DNA of 62,883 nt from a virus, in the IMG/VR virus record IMGVR_UViG_3300007640_000006, positions 1 to 62,883 of that record; one strand, given 5' to 3'. The notes below the pieces were generated by a model. The model was given only the letters and a program-made list of their open reading frames with translations. It ran no database searches and was not told the origin of the DNA. Below are positions 58,930 to 62,883 of this stretch, in pieces. The stretch's first letter is position 1. Each line of letters begins with the position of its first letter. The position numbers and the translations under genes were made by a program.

Positions 58930-60578
58930 AAATCCATGACGTAACCCAAGGCTCGCTCGAGTGGCACGTACTGCGCGGCAGCCATTTCACCGCCAGTGAA
59001 GCGCCGGCCATGATGGGCGCCTCCAAGTACATGACCCGCGCCGAACTGCTGCGCCAGAAGAAAACCGGCCTCGCCCCTGACGTGAGCGCTGCCAAGCAAG
59101 AACTGTTCGACCGCGGCCACGCAGCCGAAGAAGCGGCGCGCGAGATCCTGGCCGCCCGCATCGGCGAAGACCTCTACCCGGTCACCTGCTCCCGCGACAA
59201 CCTGCTGGCCAGCCTCGACGGCATGGACATGGCAGAGAAAGTGCTCTTCGAGCACAAGCTGTGGAACGAGAAGCTGGCCGCCCAGGTGCGCGCCGAGCAG
59301 CTCGAAGCGCACTACTATTGGCAGTTGGAACAGCAACTGCTGGTCACCGGCGCCGAGAAGGTCATCTTCGTCTGCTCCGACGGCACCGAAAACAACTTCG
59401 TGTCCATGGAGTACTACCCGGTACCAGGCCGCGCCGAAGCGCTGGCCGCTGGCTGGAAACAGTTCGCTGCCGACCTCGAAGATCAGGAAGCCCCAGCCGC
59501 AAAGCCGGTCGAGAAGATCGGTCGTGCACCGGAAATGCTGCCAGCGATCCACGTCGAAGTCACCGGCATGGTCAAGCACTCCAACCTTGACCAGTTCCGC
59601 GCCATGGCCATGGAAGCGATCAGCAACATCAACACCGACCTGCAGGACGATCAGGACTTCGCCGACGCCGAGAAGACTGTGAAGTGGTGCACCGACGTTG
59701 AGACTCGCCTGTCCGCCACCAAGAGCCACATCATGGGCCAGGCCCAGGATATCGACGCTGTTATCCGCACCCTTGACGAGGTGAACGAGGAAGCGCGCCA
59801 GGTTCGCCTGCGCCTCGAACGCCTGGTCAAGAACCGCAAGCAAGAGATCCGCGACAAGATCGTGCTGGACGCCAACGAGGCATTCCGCAAACACATCGCC
59901 GACCTCGAAGCCAGCTTCGGCGGCAAGATTCGCATGCCTGCCGTAGGCATCGACGTGGCCGGCGCCATCAAAGGCAAGAAGACCATCACCAGCCTGCGCG
60001 ACTCAGCCGACGCCGAACTGGCGCGCGCCAAAGTCGACGCCAGCACCATTGCCACCGGCATCACCCACAACCTGACCACCCTGCGCGATCAGGCCGCTGG
60101 CTTCGAGTTCCTGTTCCACGACGCTCAGCAGCTGGTGCTCAAGGCCAGTGAAGACCTGCAGGCGGTGATCAGCAACCGCATCAACGAACACAAGCAGGCC
60201 GAGCAGCTTCGCCAGGATCAGGAGCGCGAGCGCATCCGCCAGGAAGAAGTGCAGAAGATCGAAGCCGAGCAGTTGGCCAAGCAGCAGGCAGCGGCCCAGC
60301 CCGCCGAGCCAGCGCCGATCGCTGCAGTCGCAGAGCCAGCAGCAGTTCAGCCGGTCAAGCAACAGGCCCCGGCCGACGACGGCCAGCGCATCAAGCTCGG
60401 CGATATCAACAGCACCCTCGGTTTCACCGTAACTGCCGAGTTCCTGCGCTCGCTCGGGTTCGATGCCGTTGATCGCAAGGGCAATGCGGTTCTGTACCGC
60501 TCCAGCGACTGGCCGCGCATCTGCGGCGCCCTGGTGCAACACATCAACAGCGTAGCGACCCAGAAAGCCGCCGCCTAA
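58926..60578 (+). CDS. YqaJ-like (lambda-Exo-fold) exonuclease with a ~350-aa C-terminal extension
   Basis: QGSLEWHVLRGSHFTASEAPAMMG...ASLDG...FEHKLW (PD-(D/E)XK). The extension is coiled-coil rich and ends in KLGDINSTLGFTVTAEFLRSLGF. Confidence 0.8.
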   Translation: MKIHDVTQGSLEWHVLRGSHFTASEAPAMMGASKYMTRAELLRQKKTGLAPDVSAAKQELFDRGHAAEEAAREILAARIGEDLYPVTCSRDNLLASLDGMDMAEKVLFEHKLWNEKLAAQVRAEQLEAHYYWQLEQQLLVTGAEKVIFVCSDGTENNFVSMEYYPVPGRAEALAAGWKQFAADLEDQEAPAAKPVEKIGRAPEMLPAIHVEVTGMVKHSNLDQFRAMAMEAISNINTDLQDDQDFADAEKTVKWCTDVETRLSATKSHIMGQAQDIDAVIRTLDEVNEEARQVRLRLERLVKNRKQEIRDKIVLDANEAFRKHIADLEASFGGKIRMPAVGIDVAGAIKGKKTITSLRDSADAELARAKVDASTIATGITHNLTTLRDQAAGFEFLFHDAQQLVLKASEDLQAVISNRINEHKQAEQLRQDQERERIRQEEVQKIEAEQLAKQQAAAQPAEPAPIAAVAEPAAVQPVKQQAPADDGQRIKLGDINSTLGFTVTAEFLRSLGFDAVDRKGNAVLYRSSDWPRICGALVQHINSVATQKAAA

Positions 60579-60651
60579 CCAATCCCTGATTCACCGACCG
60601 CGCCGGCCTATCCGGCGTGGGTTGGGGTTCCTACACCCTGGAGTCACCGAA

Positions 60652-61236
60652 ATGACCATGAAAGCCAACGTATTCGACTTCGAAACGTCCGGTATGCCGG
60701 CCTGGAAAGATCCGAGCGATGCCGAACATCAGCCCCATATCGTCGAGGTCGCAGCGCTGCTGTATGACGCCGCCGGCAACATCATCGACCGCTACCAGGC
60801 GATCGTCCGCCCGGCCGGCTGGGAAATCACCCCGGAAATTACCGCCATCCATGGCATCAGCCATGAGCAGGCCATGGACGAGGGTATTCCGGAGATCGAG
60901 GCCCTGGACGGGTTCCTGGCCATCCACACCCAGGCAGCAATCCGCGCCGCCCACAACGCCACCTTCGACGACCGTATCGCGCGCATCGCCATCGCCCGCT
61001 ACCACGGCAAGGATCTGGCCGACGCCTTCAAGGAATCCACCACCAAGGTCTGCACCTGCTACGAGTCGCGTCCGGTGCTGAACCTGCCAGGCAAGAAGCT
61101 GCCCACCCTGGCCGAGGCCTACAAGCACTTCACTGGCGAAGACCTGGTGGAAGCCCACCGCGCAATGCCCGACGCCCTTGCGTGCGCCCGCGTGTACTTC
61201 GCCCTGATGGGCGTGGCCATGCCTGCATTCGCCTGA
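60652..61236 (+). CDS. DnaQ-like DEDDh 3'-5' exonuclease
   Basis: Exo I FDFETSG, Exo II AHNATFD, Exo III HRAMPDA. GGAG RBS before ATG 60652. Confidence 0.85.
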   Translation: MTMKANVFDFETSGMPAWKDPSDAEHQPHIVEVAALLYDAAGNIIDRYQAIVRPAGWEITPEITAIHGISHEQAMDEGIPEIEALDGFLAIHTQAAIRAAHNATFDDRIARIAIARYHGKDLADAFKESTTKVCTCYESRPVLNLPGKKLPTLAEAYKHFTGEDLVEAHRAMPDALACARVYFALMGVAMPAFA

Positions 61237-61254
61237 CCAACAGGAGCCCCGGCC

Positions 61255-61677
61255 ATGGAACACATGCACAACGAAACAACACTCAACCTGCCGACCCTGT
61301 CATCCAAGGATGCAGCTCGTCAGTGGCTCGCTGACAAGCTGGCTGAGTACCAGTCCGGGGCCGAGCAGGTAACCGAGTCGCCGATCGAGAAGCGCCCACT
61401 GGTCAGCGGCCAGTGGCGCTCTCCCGACATGACGATCATCACCGACGCCCGTCGCCATGAGCAGGCCGCCAAGGCCCATCGCAAGGCAGGCGGTCGCCCA
61501 CTTGGCTCTGTCGTTGAAGACAGCCCCGCACTGATCGAGCGCGCCCGCGCAATGGCCGGCATTGGCATCGCCAAGTCTACCGCCGCCAAACGCCTGGAGA
61601 TCGGCACCACTCGCCTCGAGCGTCTGGCCGAGCAGAACGGCATCCAGCAGTACAAAAAATCCCCTAAAGCCGCCTGA
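61255..61677 (+). CDS. Hypothetical protein with a C-terminal HTH (140 aa)
   Basis: [29 protein letters not shown] is HTH-like. Confidence 0.55.
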   Translation: MEHMHNETTLNLPTLSSKDAARQWLADKLAEYQSGAEQVTESPIEKRPLVSGQWRSPDMTIITDARRHEQAAKAHRKAGGRPLGSVVEDSPALIERARAMAGIGIAKSTAAKRLEIGTTRLERLAEQNGIQQYKKSPKAA

Positions 61678-61687
61678 GGATCACACG

Positions 61688-62830
61688 ATGAACCTGATCA
61701 AGTGTGCAACCGTATATCGCGCTGACCTTCCTGAAGCTGCAGCGCTTGCCGAACACCTGGCAGAAGTGCCGTTCACTCCTGTACTTGAAAGCCACATTTC
61801 GTCTAGCGGCTTCATCCAGAACCCGGCTACTGAGCAACTGGTAACCGAGTTTCCTGGCGGTTTCTCTTTCCGCCTGCGCCGGGATATCAAGCCGATATCG
61901 GCCAAAGCAGTCGACCTGGCACTTGCTGACCAGATTTCGGCAAAGGCCAAGGAACTCGACCGCGACCTGACTAAGGAAGAGGTCGACCAGTTGAAGACAA
62001 CGATCTTTGACGAGGCGATCAAATCCACTCTTCCTGAGCGCACCGAGCTCAATGCGTTCTATCACATCGACAGTCGCACCCTGATCCTGCCCACCAGTAA
62101 CAAGCACTTGGCCAACGCCCTGTTGATCAAGCTGCTGGATGCGGTGGAATCAGTGGAAACCCGCACCATCCACGTCAGTGAAGTGAAAGGCGGCCTCACC
62201 GCTCGCCTACGCGATCACTTCGAGGACGAGGACAAGAAGTCTTTTCACGGCTTCGCTATCGGTGACTCGGTGGTGATGAAGGGTGACAAGGGCCGCGCCA
62301 GTTTCGATCTCGACAACCTCGACAATGCCAAACAGGGTGTGCTGGAAGCCCTGGCGAGCAACATGCAGGTTGAACGCCTGGAGCTCTGCCACGCCGATGC
62401 AGTGAACTTCAAGCTGACCAAAGACTTCCAGCTTCGCAGCATCACCTACCTCGCCAGCGATCAGGACGAAGAACAGGACTTCGACACTTACGGCGAACTC
62501 TGGGGACATACCGCAAGCGTCCAACTGCTGCTTCTGTCGGCCACTGTTCAGGCTCTCTGTGACCTGTTCGGGTATCAGGAAAAGCCGCTCGATGATGGCG
62601 AGAAAGAGAAGACCGGCAGCCAGCAGGATCTGCCGCTGGAGGATGACTCTCTCTACGATGCCGCCGTCGAGTTCGTTCGCGAGAGCGGCCGGGCCAGCAT
62701 TTCAGCCGTACAGCGCAAGCTGAAGATCGGCTACAACCGCGCCGCCCGCATGATCGAAACCATGGAACAGCGTGGCGTGGTCACCGCCATGAACAGCAAC
62801 GGTTCGCGCGAGGTAATCCGCCATGGGTAA
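61688..62830 (+). CDS. RdgC-like recombination-associated domain fused to an FtsK-gamma winged-helix domain
   Basis: The N-terminal ~300 aa parallels RdgC ([10 protein letters not shown]...VPFTP...[36 protein letters not shown]). C-terminus [57 protein letters not shown] closely parallels E. coli FtsK gamma. Confidence 0.8.
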   Translation: MNLIKCATVYRADLPEAAALAEHLAEVPFTPVLESHISSSGFIQNPATEQLVTEFPGGFSFRLRRDIKPISAKAVDLALADQISAKAKELDRDLTKEEVDQLKTTIFDEAIKSTLPERTELNAFYHIDSRTLILPTSNKHLANALLIKLLDAVESVETRTIHVSEVKGGLTARLRDHFEDEDKKSFHGFAIGDSVVMKGDKGRASFDLDNLDNAKQGVLEALASNMQVERLELCHADAVNFKLTKDFQLRSITYLASDQDEEQDFDTYGELWGHTASVQLLLLSATVQALCDLFGYQEKPLDDGEKEKTGSQQDLPLEDDSLYDAAVEFVRESGRASISAVQRKLKIGYNRAARMIETMEQRGVVTAMNSNGSREVIRHG

Positions 62831-62883
62831 CTCTCGCACCGCTGACAAGTTCGTAGTCCGCATGCCTGATGGCGTTCGCTCTC
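62761..62883. repeat. Second copy of the 123-bp terminal duplication
   Basis: Identical to bases 1-123. Contains the end of the RdgC-FtsK-gamma gene and the first 61 nt of the Arc-like gene (ATG at 62823). Confidence 0.97.

Larger units (their letters stand above)
1..62883. mobile_element. Complete circularly closed temperate phage genome (unit 62,760 bp)
   Basis: Integrase plus attP-like region, cI/Cro-type switch, replication, recombination, terminase-portal-scaffold-capsid, tail/ejection and lysis modules are all present. Bases 1-123 repeat exactly at 62761-62883. Confidence 0.85.

Noticed and set aside
58761-59894. 377-aa minus-strand ORF antisense to the erf/exonuclease genes
   Set aside because: Shadow ORF. 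The plus-strand frames carry Erf and YqaJ motifs and coupled start/stop codons.

Overview
The window is one complete, circularly closed temperate dsDNA phage genome. The unit length is 62,760 bp: bases 1-123 recur exactly at 62761-62883, so this is a circular contig opened inside a gene. The sequence is visibly GC-rich with a few AT-richer islands.

Layout:
(1) A rightward early operon starts at a sigma70-like promoter near 56992 and runs across the window junction. It carries several micro-ORFs, an AlpA-like HTH, an Erf annealase, a YqaJ-like exonuclease, a DnaQ-like exonuclease, an RdgC-FtsK-gamma fusion and an Arc-like protein. It continues with a helicase-N6/N4 methyltransferase fusion, a long C5-cytosine methyltransferase and about 9 unknown ORFs. 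It ends at an attP-like region, a P4-type tyrosine integrase (9950-11185) and two small cargo genes.
(2) A divergent cI (S24 peptidase) / Cro-like switch lies at 54.65-55.66 kb, with an AT-richer accessory island behind cI.
(3) A leftward early operon (54.65 to 47.2 kb) holds an RHH protein, a replisome-organiser-like protein with internal iterons, a lambda-P-like protein, nin-like ORFs including NinG, and a wHTH protein.
(4) A leftward late operon (47.07 to 11.76 kb) holds TerS, TerL, portal, scaffold, capsid and a RyR-domain protein. These are followed by a pinholin / SAR-endolysin / Rz / embedded-Rz1 cassette and about 12 tail-like proteins, including an SGNH-esterase tailspike. The operon ends with a 656-aa repeat protein, a secreted DUF4124-like protein and a 3,037-aa polyvalent virion protein. 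I recognise no tape-measure, tube or sheath gene, so a short-tailed virion with large ejected proteins is inferred.

Most interesting unexplained signals:
- A ~20-nt motif (CTGACCCCCTGTAGGGTTCG) occurs 7 times, always sense-oriented, in the gaps of the late operon.
- Two dense arrays of the hexamer CGTCAC occur, one phased at about 10.5 bp inside the replication gene and one built like a bipartite pac/operator site.
- An AT-richer island in the rex position behind cI encodes small membrane proteins, and its strand assignment is ambiguous.
- The giant virion protein carries ParB-like, two HExxH and ART-like segments.
- The C5 methyltransferase has about 8 tandem TRD-like modules.
- The RdgC domain is fused to an FtsK-gamma domain.

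All functional calls rest on motifs read by eye from the translations. No database search was run.
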